Assembly: GCA_043228905.1 (NCBI GenBank)
Contig: JBHGNT010000002.1
Location: forward strand, 18,228,001-18,292,000
Length of the DNA stretch: 64,000 bases
Origin: Azolla caroliniana
Taxonomy: Eukaryota > Plantae > Polypodiophyta
Direction: 5' to 3'
The notes under the pieces are model-generated. The model saw nothing but the letters and a program-made list of their open reading frames with translations, was not told the DNA's origin and ran no database searches. Of this stretch, positions 44,009 to 58,249 are shown in pieces. Made by a program: the position numbers and the translations under genes. The first letter of the stretch is position 1. Every line of letters starts with the position of its first letter.

Positions 44009-47000
44009 GTGAGTCCTTTTCTTCACTTTCCCCCTTTCTTTCTTGAAAACAAAACCCTCTCTTCTTCTCATGCCCTTACTTTTAATGTAGATGATAATCC
44101 GTGCTCTTATTATTATTATTATTATTATTATTTACCGTCCCTGGCATGCCCTTGTCGTGAATCTGCTTTGGCGTCGTCTTTTGTTAACGCTACTTTCATC
44201 TTAATTGGTGCTGTCACATTTTCTTACGAATTGTGGATGTCTGTCGATCACCTAGTCTGAAGACATCATGCACACCACATGCCGTTTAGTATGGCATTCA
44301 GTCATCTATTGCGGCATTGAACATGAAAACTAATTTTATGTTCGACCACCTTATCCTTATTGACTGCATGCAGTTCGCCTTTCTTTGAGGAAGGCACGTT
44401 TGCGTGTTTTGGCCCTTGCTATCCTAACATAAACACCATGAAGTGGTAGTGAACCGTCCTTCCATTCAACTGGCCTCCTATAGGTCGCACGAATACTCCT
44501 GTGTTGTGAGTATTATGCGTTTCTACATCAACCGAATTTCGGACTCAAAATTGGGCCTTGTAAGAGCTCACTTATTGTTACTACTATACATATCCACATG
44601 ATCACCTAACGTTATAGTTCACAACAAATATTATAGAACACCATGGATTACTGAATTTGCAAAATTTCAAGTGTGGAGTGAAAGTACCGACCCTTTCTTC
44701 TAAAAATCTATATCTAAAATATTCAAATGGATCCCGCGTTATGTTGGTTGGGAGAGAATTCTATTGGATTTATTATGAAAACTTCAGAGGCTAAAAATTT
44801 GAGTTTGCAATTCACTTAATAAACCTGCTTTGTGAGAGTTGTTCGAGGAACCAGAGATGTTGAACCATTTGGAACATGTGTTGGGCATGAAATCCCGAGT
44901 TGTTTTTGATGTAAGCTTCCCTCAAGGAACACCCTACTATTCTTTCTCAACAGCAATGGCATCATATTGATGCACTCCTTTATAAAAAAATGTGGTGGTT
45001 GGTTGGGTTCTATTCCTACCGTTGCATTCCCAGGGTTCTCGGAAACAAGAATGCATTGGCGGGTCCACCGTCAAGAAATGCATATGCATTCCCTGTGGGG
45101 TAACTATTACAATCAGCGCCCTCCGTATTTCAGCAGTGGAATGTGTATCTGGGCCAGGGTTTGGTTTCAACTTGCTCTTGAAAACTGGATGTCATGAATG
45201 ATAAGTTTGGCCAATTTGTCCCATTCCGCTTTGCTTTTTTTCAATCATCGATTTGTGCAGCACCCAACCTTCTCATTTTAACTTCAAATTTCAATTCAAA
45301 TTCCTCCTGATTCAAAACTCTACTCTTTCTCCTCTCTAATTCATCATGGGAAAAGGCAGAAGCTCAACGTGGAAGGATAGGGTCAGAGTAATCTAATTAG
45401 TAATATGATAGTGAGGGCGATTTTGTGCCTACTACCAAGGAGGATCATTATAGTTCCCATATTGTTACTGCTGATCCTTCATTGGATGAATGATTTAGCA
45501 TCCATCCACACCAAAGTTAGAGGTATTCTAGGATTTTGGAATGTTCTAATAGGATTATGGAGATTTTGTGAATTTGCTCTAATTAATCTTAATATTTGGG
45601 AAATGTTTATGCTTCACTTTAGAAATTAGAAATCACGTTACTGTACTTAACGAGTTCTGAATATAATTCATAAAGTATCATAAAGACAACAGGTTGCAAT
45701 ATTGCATACAACATAACATCTATGCACTGACACACCCTCTTAATGTATACTGGCATATTTGTTCAGCTTGCATTCTATAATTGCTAATCAGAAAGAAAGA
45801 GACAAAATGTAGACAATTTGAAAAAAATCGGGTGATTCTTGGAAAACTGTAGAGCTTCAATACAAGAGAGTAAGTGATATGTGATGAACCGGAGATTAGT
45901 CAAGGGAAGCTCAATCACTCCTCAATTACGCATGTTTACATTATTTATTTACAGTAGAATCATCCAATCTAGGCTGTTTACATGTGGGAAACAAACAATG
46001 GTAAATCGCAATTAGTCTTCTATACACTAGTCAATGAATATGCCCAAAGATAATGCTCATTGCCCACCTTCTGGTGAACAACAAAGATGGTAGGACAAAT
46101 AAGATAGAAACCTCCCCTCAATCGAAAGTCTACGAGGTCGCAATAAGCATCATTTGTGGCAAACAGTTATGGAGATGATCAATACCTTCCCTTGAGCAAT
46201 GATGAGATATGTGGTGTCTCATGAAATAACAAGATGCAAGGGCTGATTGACAAATAGTGTTCATGGTCCAACTATGGTACAACAATAATGAATCCAGATG
46301 GTGAATGCGTAAACTCATTCAAAAGCAAGTGCAAGAACTTGAGATGACAAGCATATGGTTTCATTTTTGTATTAAAGACATCACCCCATGATAGGGTATG
46401 ATTATGATGAAAACAATGGGGGGAGTATGTAGTGACTCCAAACCAAATATGTAGGTGTACACATCCAAGGTTATTCATATTTCCATCTCCTTAAACCTTG
46501 GTAACTATCAGGAAATTTCGATGCAAAAACATAATGAGTGGTTCACATTATTTAATTAAATATTTTTGGTTTAACACAAAGATTTTCATACCTAGAAAGT
46601 GTGTAGAAAACATTACAAGCATTTGAAACAAAGATATGGATGATAAAACCTTTTCAATTAAGGAAATATGCAAATGAAGATTGATCCCTTTCATTTTAGT
46701 GATGGAGATATGCTTTTTAATTAGTTAAAGCATGCGCATACTAACACTTCCTCCCAAGCTTGTTACCTATGCCATTTGCATTATGCGATTCCTTTCAGAA
46801 TCCAAGTTCATTTTTTATGCATTTTGGACAACATTCTTGCGTCATCTGATCACTGGGTTTCTTGAATTATTAGTTTGTAAATTCATGCTGCAATTGGTTG
46901 TACAATTTTAACATCATTTTACTCATGCTTGATTGCTTCTTGGTATTCTTCCACTTGGATGCTTCATAGAAGCTTCTGAATCTACTTAGATGGCCGCAAA

Positions 47001-48125
47001 GCCTTGTAAAGAAAGAAAGAAATATTACTACCTTTCAAGAGGAAAATTTGGACTATGAGATTGAGTGGGCACTCAAAAAGTAAAAGACCAATTGGTTAGA
47101 CTATTGTAAACCCTCCAGCCTTAAACACATAAGGAAGCAAAATAGGATTTGTGGAGTGGAGTCGCTTAGTTGGTTAGTGGTGTAGAAGACTAAATGTAAT
47201 ATATATCGTGTAAAGTTTGAATGCCTCTCACTAGGACTATGTATGGTATACTCTCTATTTTGTGGCGAATATGCGAGCTAGGTTTTTGCCAATCTAATAA
47301 CGTACGTAGAATTTTTCATGCGTACATATGTATGCGAAAAATTAACAAAGGCACTTTAAAAAATCTTAAATTTTATAGAACACATATTATAGATGAAAAG
47401 TGGTGGAAATTCTTAATCTTTTTCTAAAGCATTTATAATTTGTCAATCAACAGTAAATTATGTGTTAGAATGTCTTTTAGTTTAAAAAATGCTATTGAAT
47501 TTGCTATTAATTTCCTCTTGTTTTTGTAAGTTCCTTAAAGTTGCATCAATTATAACTCAAAGTATTATGTGCCTTAATCTTGCCCCACCTAATTAGCCTA
47601 CGTTTATTATGCTTTGTGTTAATAATAGCCTAAAGCATGCCCTGCACTAATATTAACCTATCTAAAGCATGAACCATATGATCATTTGTTGACCTTAGTA
47701 GCCTTAATCATGTCTCTCATTCGAATTAGCCTTGTTTAATAACCATTGGCTATCTAATTTCTCGTTCTTAATTATGCCCACACTTTCAAGTTGCTCTATT
47801 CGAAGTATGGCCCCACATTAGTATTAGCCTATTGACCTTAATCATGTTCCATATTCTAAATATCGTCCCATAATCACAACCCATCTAATTATTGTACCAT
47901 GCTCCTTAAATTGTTACCCATGAAATTAATTGGTCTCATTAACCATGCTCCCACATTCTAAACAATGTCTTCTTTTTAGAATGTGGATGCATAAAGAACA
48001 AAAAATTAGGCCATGAGTTTCCATGGTGATCATTAATACATCAGAATAATAATATCCACATATATCTAGATACATTAAAATACAAACAAAAATACCATGA
48101 GAATACATGGAAAATATTGTTTGAT

Positions 48126-48159
<34 letters not shown>

Positions 48160-50498
48160 GTATTAACGTCTTCTAAGGCCAAATTTGGCCCATGAGACAA
48201 TTGGTTTACAACAATAGAGTATTTATCCAGTCATCATAACTAAAAATAAAATTAAGTAAAAAAAAAAAAATAGAACTTAAACTAAAAGAGTTCTAGTAGT
48301 GTACAGTATGTAGTTTACTCGAAAGTGACTATACACTAAGCCTAATTTTATTTCCACCCAAGCCTCTCGAAAAGAAGTGGGGGGTCAAAGGGTCTTGATG
48401 TGGGTTCCAATGTAAAGAGTGCCCTAGCCATGGCTTCTAGGCAGTGTAGCTCACGTTCCCTTATTTTTAATATTGCTTCCACATCACGTTGAGTTGTTTT
48501 GAAACCCGGCACCCGAGGACGTCTGGTTCTTCTCTGGTTTTCTGCCTCATCAATGGAAAGGCCGGGTGGTGCAAGTGTGTCGGCATTCGTTGTCTCCTCA
48601 GGTTCCTGAAAAACTGCATTTGTTACATGTTCGTGATCATTAGCAACATTATTGTCAACATTTTGTAATTTATTCTCTCTGTGTTGTTTTAGCTCTAGAA
48701 TGTATTTGCCTAATTTCTTTATATCTAGAGTATCTAATAGTTTGGGGAGGGTGGGAGACGGACCAAGTATGTCTTGGTATTTTGCCCTTATCTCGGCATA
48801 GGTTGGACACTTGCATGTAAAGTGGTACTCATCCTCTATCTCTATGTAACATAACCTACATATCCTTTCCTCCCTAGGGACTCCACTAGTACGGCCATTT
48901 TCAATCTCAAGTTGGTGAGATGATATTCTAAGTTGTCCAATGGCAACCCTTAGTGCATGTGGTAAGAATACATCTAGATATTTTGGCCGTGTGATAAAAC
49001 CTAACTCAGAGAAGTGCATGAAGTGTTTCTTATAGTACGACATTTTAGATGGGAGTGGCTCTAGTGGGGTGATCCATTTACACCGAGTGTAAATTTGCCA
49101 TATTTCTTGGCGTATTACTTTATTGCGGTTCTCATGAGAGATTAAGGTGTTATCACTCGTGTGGTTGTACCTAAGGGGAGGTAGGTTATTAATGTCTAGA
49201 CCATTCGCAAGAAGCCAAGTCACCATCATGCCATACCATGAGCTAGTATAGCCGGACTCATACAATGATCGAGAGGCCTTAAAGGCTTGATGAGATATTC
49301 TATCATGTGGTTGGCTATGTATCCTATCAATAAAGACTACAAGTTGAAAAAGTGCCTCTACTAGCATTGGGGGTAACGTGAACTCGGCCCTAATAATGTC
49401 ATGTGGTACAATCGATTTGCTTCGGAGTTGGCGTGATAGCATCATCACCAATGGTCTCTCTAATTGCGTCCACATGAAGGATGGTAATCCTGGAGCCCAA
49501 ACCGCTGATGCATACATGAGGGAGGGGGTCACTAATGAGTCAAAGAGCCACCCTTTAGTCCGTGGCTCTTGAAAGTGTGCTTGGTGGCATTGTCTCTCTA
49601 GGAGTGAGAGGGATGCATGTCCTCTTGTGAGTCTATCCTTCGCTGCCTGTGTCATCGAAAATTTACCTGAGCGGGCACTAAAAGTGACTCCGAGATATAC
49701 GTACGATCCAACCACCTCGACTGGGCTATGGGAGATAGTTAGGTGACACTTAGCTCTAACTTGGGCCGATGTGTGGAAGATAAGGACTTTCGTTTTCCCT
49801 AGATTCACTACCAATCCTCGTTGTACACAAAAGTCATCTAAGGCATTGAGGTGCCTCTGTAGGTCGTGTTCGGATTCAGAGAGCAAAACTATGTCATCCG
49901 CATAGAGCAAGATACGAACCTGTGTATCCACAAGGACCACTCCGGTGCCTCCCTCACGAGCAATAAAATCTGTGATCTCATCAATGTAGATCCCAAAAAG
50001 CGCCGGTGATAGGGGGCAACCTTGTTTTACACCAATAGTGCTAGTGAAACGATTGGATAGGCCACCTGGGCATCAGACACACCCGGACACTTGTTCATAT
50101 AGTGCGTAGATGGCCCATACCATATCATCTGGTATCCTCAAGCTTTTAAGTCTATCAGACAACCGATCTCTAGGGACTGTGTCAAAGGCTTTGCGGAAGT
50201 CCACAAAACAACAATATAATCTCTTCTTGCGAGCCCTAGTTTGGTCAATTAGGCATCTAAGTGTGAAGATGTGATCAATAGTGGAGAAGGCTCGTCTAAA
50301 GCCAGCTTGTTCAGGTGCACGAAGGTTTAGGGTCTCCATGTAGTCGCTAAGCTCTGCTTCCATTACTGCACCATATAACTTAGCAAGGGTATGGCCTATC
50401 ATAATGGTCCTATATGTATTTGGGTCCATGGGGTCCCCCCCTTTATGTATGGGGGTCACTGTATTCATAGTCCACTGTGGTGGAAAACCCTCCGCAAG
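48126..50498 (-). mobile_element. 5'-truncated RTE-group (RTEX-like) LINE with (CTTT)n tail
   Basis: QAGFR, CFVDFRKAFD, KQGCPLSP, LLYADD and a C-terminal CxxC...H...C finger. One in-frame TGA at 50073 joins ORFs 50468 and 49940. Confidence 0.9.
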
Positions 50499-50504
50499 TT
50501 GAAA

Positions 50505-51200
50505 AGATAGAAAGAAAGAAAGATATATTAACGTCTTTTAAGAGGCCAAAATGGCCTATAAGACCAAATAAGAGATTACATCTTAAGTGTTGTCTCGCCT
50601 TTGAGAACAAATCAAAATAAAATAAATACTACATAGTAAATATAAAAGTAAATAAGATGAAAAGAGAAGAAAACGAGGGAATTTGGTTTTTGGCACATGT
50701 GAGATTCTCGAGTTAGGTATATTGTAGCTTTTGTCTTCGAAAGATCTCTAGCATAGGTAGATCCAGAATGGAAATGTCTCCGAAGCAAGGGAAGCACCTA
50801 CGATGGCGGGAGATATTGGCTTTTATCCTTCGATGACAAGGGTGTCGAGGTCTTGGTCCAAGGCGGCGGGTCCTACGTGCACGACAAATTGCTATTGCCC
50901 GATCAATTGTAACCCCTTTGTTATGTCCTGGTTTGAAGCCCATTTGTGTATCCCGTGATGAACTTGTAGGATTAGTAGGACTGATGAGCCTAAAGAAAGT
51001 TGTTATAGTTCTTTGTGGATGAGCTTGTGTGGCTGTATTCTTCAACAACTTTTCCTGATGTCTCTTGAGCTCTGGCAAGAAAAGTCCTAGGCATCGTTGG
51101 TCCTCATATTCCATTACCTTGTGTAGTGGGCCAAAGCCTTGTTTAAAGAGGCAATGGTATCTCCCTCTAATTTCATAAAAGACACTACAATGACAAACCT
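50505..51200 (-). mobile_element. 3' fragment of a second RTE-like LINE family
   Basis: Near copy of 54655-55335, with (CTTT)n tail. Confidence 0.85.
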
Positions 51201-51690
51201 TGAGTAAGTAGGTGGAAAGTAGCAAATTGCAATATATAACTCCCTGAGATCCCCTCTTTTTATTTGTATCCACATGTAGCGTGCATCTACATCCTTATGG
51301 ACAACATGTAGCGAGAAAAGAATACTTCAATATTCTATTAGGAAAGCAATATAATCTTCTTAGACTCTAAAAATAACACAATCAAAGAACTACTTTAATC
51401 TCAATGACACTAGTTGATAATAGTCTTTCATTCTCTTTTTCTTCCATAGATCTACAAAAAAGAACCGTATTCCTCTCTCGCTACTTTTTTGTCAAGTATA
51501 TGCAAATGTCTAAACGTATTTTGCAATGAAAATATTAATGGAAATTTATTTACCAATACATATAAATCCTTTTGAACATGTACAAAAAAATGCATTTTTT
51601 AATAGTATGGTTTGAAGGCTTATAAGTATGACAAAACCAACTTGGTTTTGTGGAATCATCAGATTCATAATGCCTTCATTTAAAGGGTTA

Positions 51691-53722
51691 GGGTTGGTGT
51701 GTGTGGCTCAGTAGCCTTTTAGCTGATTTGGGTGTTGGTTAGTCTTCTGCCATCACCATCCTCAAAGCGGAATGGCAGTTGCTAGGAACCGTGGGCTCCA
51801 TGCTTGCACTAAGCACATTGAGGTGCATTATCACTATGTCAGGGAAAGGTTCTCCACGCGAGAGATCAGTTTGGCTTTTGTGCCCACGCAGGAGAACATT
51901 GCAAACCTCTTCAGAAAGGCTTTGCCTAGGGAGAAGTTTTAAGCTTTCCGCAAAGCTTTAGGCCTAATCCCATTTGTGGATTGATCTCTATCCACATGGC
52001 TTGGCATTTGTTTAACCATGAGTGCCAGATGCTTGTTCATCGGATCACTCCCAAGGGGGATTTGTTGACATATTTTGGTAGTGATTTGTCGACATATTTA
52101 GGGTTGGTGTGTGTGGCTCAAATGGCGTTTAGCTGATTTGGGTGTTGGTCAGTCTTCTGCCACCACCATCTTCATGGATAGTCAAAACGCTGTCGTGCCT
52201 TTCGGCTCCGGATCGTTTGCGTGAGTCGGGTGGGAACCACCGGGGTTTTGGACTAGGAGAAAAGAAAAATACAAATAAGGCTAGTAAAGAATAGGTATAA
52301 AGAGTTATAAGATAAAAATCTCGTGAATCCCACGAGTTTAGTATATTTAGTCAATATTGAGGTAGTAAGAGAGAATTATTTTAGCAAATTCGTGAATCCC
52401 ACGAATATTTTAGATTGATTGATCATTATAGAAAAATAATCAACAAAAACTACAATGTGCTCCCCATCCTTATATAGTGATGGGAGAGACTAAGCATAGC
52501 TACATGCTTTTTCTAATATGTTCATGCACACTAAATGTGCATGTGATGCTTTTCTAATCCTTGCTTTTATTTGCTAAATATAGTGCTCATGCACGCTAGA
52601 TGTGCATGAGTCACTTTTTAGTTGCTTGCGTTTTTCTATAAAATATTCACGCACTCTAAAAATGCATGATTTACCTTTTAATAAAGGTAGGCGCAAATAA
52701 AGAACTTATAGTTATTAATCTATTTGTAGAACACTAAAGATAAGGTAGCATAATGGTAAAGTTGAGGTTTGGCTACGTGGAGGTACAAGGTTTGAATCTT
52801 GCCCTATGCACGTGATAAATATCTTGATATTCTTATTTTATTTATTTATATGTAATTAAATCGGTTATATTATTTTTACTTTTTCACGTAGTGTACGAAA
52901 TACACTACGACAACGCAATGGCAGTTGCGAGGAACCCCGTGTTCCATGTTCGCACTAAGCACATTGAGGTGGGTTGGTGTGTGTGGCTCAGACGCCTTTT
53001 AGCTGATTTTGGTGTTGGTCAGTCTTTTGCCACCACCATCTTGAAAGCACAATGGCAGTTGCCAGGAACTGTGGGATCCAGGCTCGCACTAAGGACATTG
53101 AGGTGCATTATCACTATGTTAGGGAAAGGTTCTCCATGGGAGAGATCAATTTGGCTTCTGTGCCCATGCAAGAGAACATTACAGACCTCTTCACAAAGGC
53201 TCTCCCTAAGGAGAAGTTTGAAGCTTTTCGCAAAGATTTAGGCCTAATCCCATTTGTCAATTGATCTATATCCACATGGCTTGGCACTTGTTTAACCATG
53301 AGTGCGAGTTACTTGTTCACCACATCGCTCCCAAGGGGGATTTGTTGACATATTTTGGTAGGGATTTGTTGACATATTTAGGGTTGGTGTGTGTGGCTCA
53401 AATGGCGTTTAGTTGATTTGGGTGTTGGTCAGTCTTCTGCCACCACCATCTTCATGGATAGTCAAAGCGCAATGGTAGTTGCGAGGAACCCCGTGTTCCA
53501 TGTTCGCACTAAGCACATTGAGGTGGGTTGGTGTGTGTGGCTCAGACGCCTTTTAGCTGATTTGGGTGTTGATCAGTCTTCTGCCACCACCATCTTCATG
53601 GATAGTCAAAGCGCAACGGCAGTTGCGAGGAACCTTGTGTTCCATGTTCGCACTGAGCACATTGAGGTGGGTTGGTGTGTGTGGCTCAGACACCTTTTAG
53701 CTGATTTGGGTGTTGGTCAGTC
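51691..53722 (+). repeat. Tandem array derived from a Copia RNase H/PPT fragment
   Basis: Six units start GGGTTGGTGTGTGTGGCTCA (about 51691, 52101, 52971, 53381, 53525, 53669) and encode CVWLRRLLADLG...ARNPVFHxRTKHIEV. Confidence 0.88.
52191..52912 (-). mobile_element. Solo LTR, same family as 5745-6462, 4-bp TSD ACGC
   Basis: ACGC at 52187-52190 and 52913-52916; termini TGTCGT...ACGACA. Confidence 0.88.
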
Positions 53723-54120
53723 AACGATGATGGCACCTTGCATCTTGTCGCCCTCTAGTCTCGAAAGTTTACAGCCCTAGAAATACATTATCCGGTCGAG
53801 GACAAGGAGCGTGCAGCTATCATCTTGGCCTTTCTCCGAATGGCTAACCTATCTGGTTGGGATCCAACATCGTATTTAGGTGCTGACCCAAACCACAAGA
53901 ATCAAGATTTTGGAAATTTACTTTAGTAGTTATAAGCTTAAGATTAGAATAGGTAGGCTTAAGCCTTAAGATTTAAAAAGTGATCGAGGGGAGGGAGGGA
54001 GAGAAAGAAAGAGATCTCAATTGGTAAGTTTGCCCAAATTTCTCACCCCTCTATTACTCCATACATTTCTCTTAATTCACTAGATGCCACTATGCAATGT
54101 AGGTGATGAACCCACGACTA

Positions 54121-54650
54121 GAGAGAGAAAGAAAGAAAGAAAGATATATTAATGTTTTTTAATAGGATAAAATGGCATATATGACCAGGCAAGAGATTAC
54201 ATCTTAAGTGTTGTCTTTGTCTTTCGGAACAACGAATCAAAATAAAATAAATATTACTTAGTAAATATAAAAGTAAATAAGATGAAAACAGACGAGGGAA
54301 TTTGGTTTTCGGCACATGTGAGATTCTCAAGTTAGATATATTATATCTTTTGTCTTCAAAAGGTCTCTAGCATAGGTCGATCCAGAATGGAGAGGTCCTG
54401 AAGCAAGGGGAGCACTTGTGATAGTGAGAGATAATGGCCTTTATCTAGAAAAAAAGAAAGAAAGAAAGAAAGAAAGATATATTAACGTCTTTTAAGAGGC
54501 CCAAATGGCCTATAAGACCAAACAAGAGATTACATCTTAAGTGTTGTCTCGTCTTTGAGAACAACAAATCAAAATAAAATAAATATTACTCCGTAAATAT
54601 AAAAGTAAATAAGATAATAAAAAGATTAGGGAAACTGGTTTCTGGCACAT
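54121..54650 (-). mobile_element. Two stacked short 3' ends of the RTE-like LINE
   Basis: Each opens on + with (GAAA)n GATATATTAA, at about 54125 and 54455. Confidence 0.85.
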
Positions 54651-54651
54651 G

Positions 54652-57600
54652 AGAGAGAAGAAAGAAAGAAAGATATATTAACGTCTTTAAGAGGCCAAAA
54701 TGGCCTATAAGACCAACTAAGAGATTACATCTTAAGTGTTGTCTCATCTTTGAGAACAAATCAAAATAAAATAAATATTACACAGTAAATAGAAACGTAA
54801 ATAACATGAAAAGAAAAGAAATGAGGGAATCTGGTTTTTGGCACATGTGAGATCCTCAAGTTAGGTATATTGTAGCTTTTGTTTTCAAAGATCTCTAGCT
54901 TAGGTTGATCGAGAATGGAAATGTCTCCAAAGCGAGGGAAGCACCTACGATGGCGGGAGATAATGGCTTTTATCTTTCGATGACAAGGGTGTCGAGGTTG
55001 TGGTCCATGGGGTCGAGGCCTACGTGCACGAGAAATTGCCATGGCCCGATCAATTATAACCCCTTTTTTATGTCCTGGTTTGAAGCCCATGTGTGTATCC
55101 CGGGGTTGACTTCTAGCATTAGGAGTGATGGGGCTAAAGAAAGTTATAGTTCTTTGTGGATGAGCTTGTGTGGCAGTATTCTTCAACAACTTTTCCCGAT
55201 GTCTCTTGAGCTCTGGCAAGAAAAGTCTTAGGCATCGTTGGTCCTCATATTCCATTACCTTGCATAGTGGGCCAAAGCCTTGTTTAAAGAGGCAATGGTA
55301 TCTCCCTTTGATTTCATAAAAGACACTACAGTGACAAACATAGTGTTCTTCAGATTCTAGTCCTTGATGACACAATTGGCAAATTCTCTCTTCTAGAGGT
55401 AGTCGTGTATATCTGCCTACCTCAATCTGTAGCTGATGTGATGAAGTTCGTTGCTGCCCTATCACACTACGTAGCGCATAGGATAGATGTATGTCCATAT
55501 AAGGTGGCATGATGACAAATCCATCCTCCGATGGATGTAAGAAGTGTGTCTTATAGTGGGCCATCTTTGTACCAAGTGGTATTTTGGGGCTGATTCATGT
55601 TATCTTGTTTTCCAAGTTAATAATATCAGTTCGGATCACTCTATTCTTTTCCACTTTGGTCATATTTAGATAGGGACAATCCAAGCTATATCGGAACGGG
55701 GGTAGTGCATTTATACTCATGCCATGTGACTCGAACTATTGCTACATTTTAGCATACCAATAATGAGTGTCCATTTTTAGCCAGTTGTCTTGATGACATA
55801 AGTGCCAACCTTGGGTACCTTGGTTTAGGGAGCTCTCAAAGACGTTGGATAAATGTCACTGATTGGAACAACGCCTCGGTTATTATAGGTGTTGCTCCCA
55901 TCTCTGCCCGGATTATATCGTGGGGCACCGATGCTTTGCTCCTTATCATGTGAGCAATCATTGACACTAAAGGTCTCTCTAAATCTTTCCAATGATTTTC
56001 CTTGTTAAGACTCGGTCCCCATGTCTCTACTCCAATTGGTGTGAAGTGTATCAAATAACCATAGCTTACTTAGTCCATGGCTCTTGGAATTGCAAATGTG
56101 CACATTGTCTCTTGAGAGCACCAAGGGCTGCATATGCACAAGAAAGTCATGCACAAGCCGCCTCCTGTAAGGAGAACCTAGGTCCTGTAAATGTTACTCC
56201 TAGGTATGTGTAGGAGTGTGTGTATTCCACCTTTTCCTCTCCCAAGAAGAATTCTGGTTCTGATCTTGTTACGATGATTGGGTGGTGTTAAACACCATCA
56301 CTTTAGTTTTATTCATTTTGATTGACAAACCTTTGTCCGTACAAAATAGTTTAAAGGTAGTTAGATGTCTTTGTAGTCCCTTTGGAGGGTCCGAAATCAG
56401 CACAATATCATCAACATATAGTAATATTTGTATAGCTATACCTACTACGTGTGCTCAGGAACCCCCAAATTTCTCTATGTACTGTGCTACCTCATCTATA
56501 TAGAGACCGAAGAGTGTGGGGGATAGTGAGCATCCTTGCTTCATGCCAATTGTGCTAGCCATTGCCTCTGACAAGCCCTTAGAAGACCGCACTTTTCTTG
56601 ACACAGATTCATAGAGTGCATAGATTCCCCATTGCATATCTATAGGAACACCAAAGGCTTCTAGCCGCTGCATAAGCTAAGCATGTGGCACAGTGTCAAA
56701 GGCTTTTCAGAAATCCACAAAGCAACAATAAATCCTCTTATTGTGGGCTTTGCCCTCCTCAATAAGGGCCCGGAGGGTGAATATGTGATCCAAAGTTGTG
56801 AACCCTTTCTAAAAGTCTGCTTGTCCAATTGAACGGCAACCATTTTGCTCTGCCCATATACTCAATTCTGATTCTAGAATCGAGGCATATAGTTTAGCCA
56901 AGTAATGGCCAATCATGATTGTCCTATAGTTGATTGGCATCATGGGGTCTCCACTCTTGAGGATTGGCACAATGGTATGTTGAGTCCATCTAGTAGGAAA
57001 ACCTTCACACATGGTTCTATTAAAGATGTGTGCTAGCAATGGGAGCAAGGTGTCACGGGCATAGATAAAGTGCTCACCCACCAATCCATCATGATCTTGG
57101 GCCTTCCCAAATTGTAGCAGATCAATGACATTTCTTACATTTTGTGGTGTAAAGAAGGTTGATTCATGTGGGCGTGAGGCATTCGGGTGAGGAAGAGGAG
57201 GTTGCCTTGGGATATCATATAGAACCTTTGAATATTCCTACCACACCTGAGGTGAGGTCAGTTGTGTGGTGGGTTGCCTCTCATTAAACATTTTCCATGC
57301 TCTTTTACTCTCTTGTCCTAGAAACAAGCGATACAAATGATCTCCAAATTTAGCCAATATAATCTCATCTTCCTCACGAGGCGTTGGAAGGTTGCTCTCG
57401 CTTGGTGGTGTGGTGAGGTCAGTTGTGTGGTGGGTTGCCTCTCATTAAACATTTTCCATGCTCTTTTACTCTCTTGTCCTAGAAACAAGCGATACAAATG
57501 ATCTTCAAATTTAGCTAAATATAATCTCATCTTCCTCACGAGGCGTTGGAAGGTTGCTCTCGCTTGGTGGTGTATATAAATGCCCCGAGTTACATCACGC

Positions 57601-58245
57601 TGCAAGCATCTCCTTGTATCACGACATTCCTCATCATACCAACTATTTTGTATTACTCTACGGAGTTTGGGGGGATTGGCCGTTGTGTGAGGGAAGGCAT
57701 TTGGGGGTTCTTTTATGCAATGATTTGGAGAAACCTTGGGTAAGTTCTTCAAGGGGTGCGAAAGGATCCAAATCTAGCATGCCATTGTATACACCACAAC
57801 TATACACATCCATTGTCTCGCGAGTGAATAGATACTTAGCCAACCCACTCTCCTTAGCATATACATCCTTTGTGCATCCATCCTTTACCTCAAAGCGTAG
57901 ATATAGTGAACACTTTTATTTCAGGTATAAGAGATGGAGATCCCATTAGATAATGGATTGTGCTTGCACACTCTTTTGGGTTCCAACATGTCAAAGCATC
58001 TGATCCAGGCCATTGTGACAAGCCATTATATATCACAAATCCATGCGTGCTTCCCAAGGCTAGAAAGTGGTTTCCATATTCAGTTATAGCACTCATATGT
58101 TGAGCTTGTCGCTTTGGACCAACCTCTTCCGCCATAACTTCTCCATAAATAGCCTCACTGGTGTTAAATATAGTTGTTTATTCATCCTTGGTTCGTGCAT
58201 TAAAATCTCCTAATAGTATAATGTCCCCCATAGTAGCAAATCTTC
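54652..58245 (-). mobile_element. Decayed RTE-like LINE (endonuclease end, RT, zinc finger)
   Basis: GDIILLGDFNART near 58225, KQGCSLSP, ERICQLC...EEHYVCHC. Tandem duplication of ~160 bp at 57252-57570. Confidence 0.88.
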
Positions 58246-58249
58246 GGAG

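Noticed and set aside
44550-46490. Possible decayed DNA-transposon coding remnants in the intron
   Set aside because: No TIR, TSD or motif I could identify with confidence.
45780-47085. Possible K-box exons near 45790 and 46970
   Set aside because: In-frame stops or no heptad pattern, and weak splice sites.
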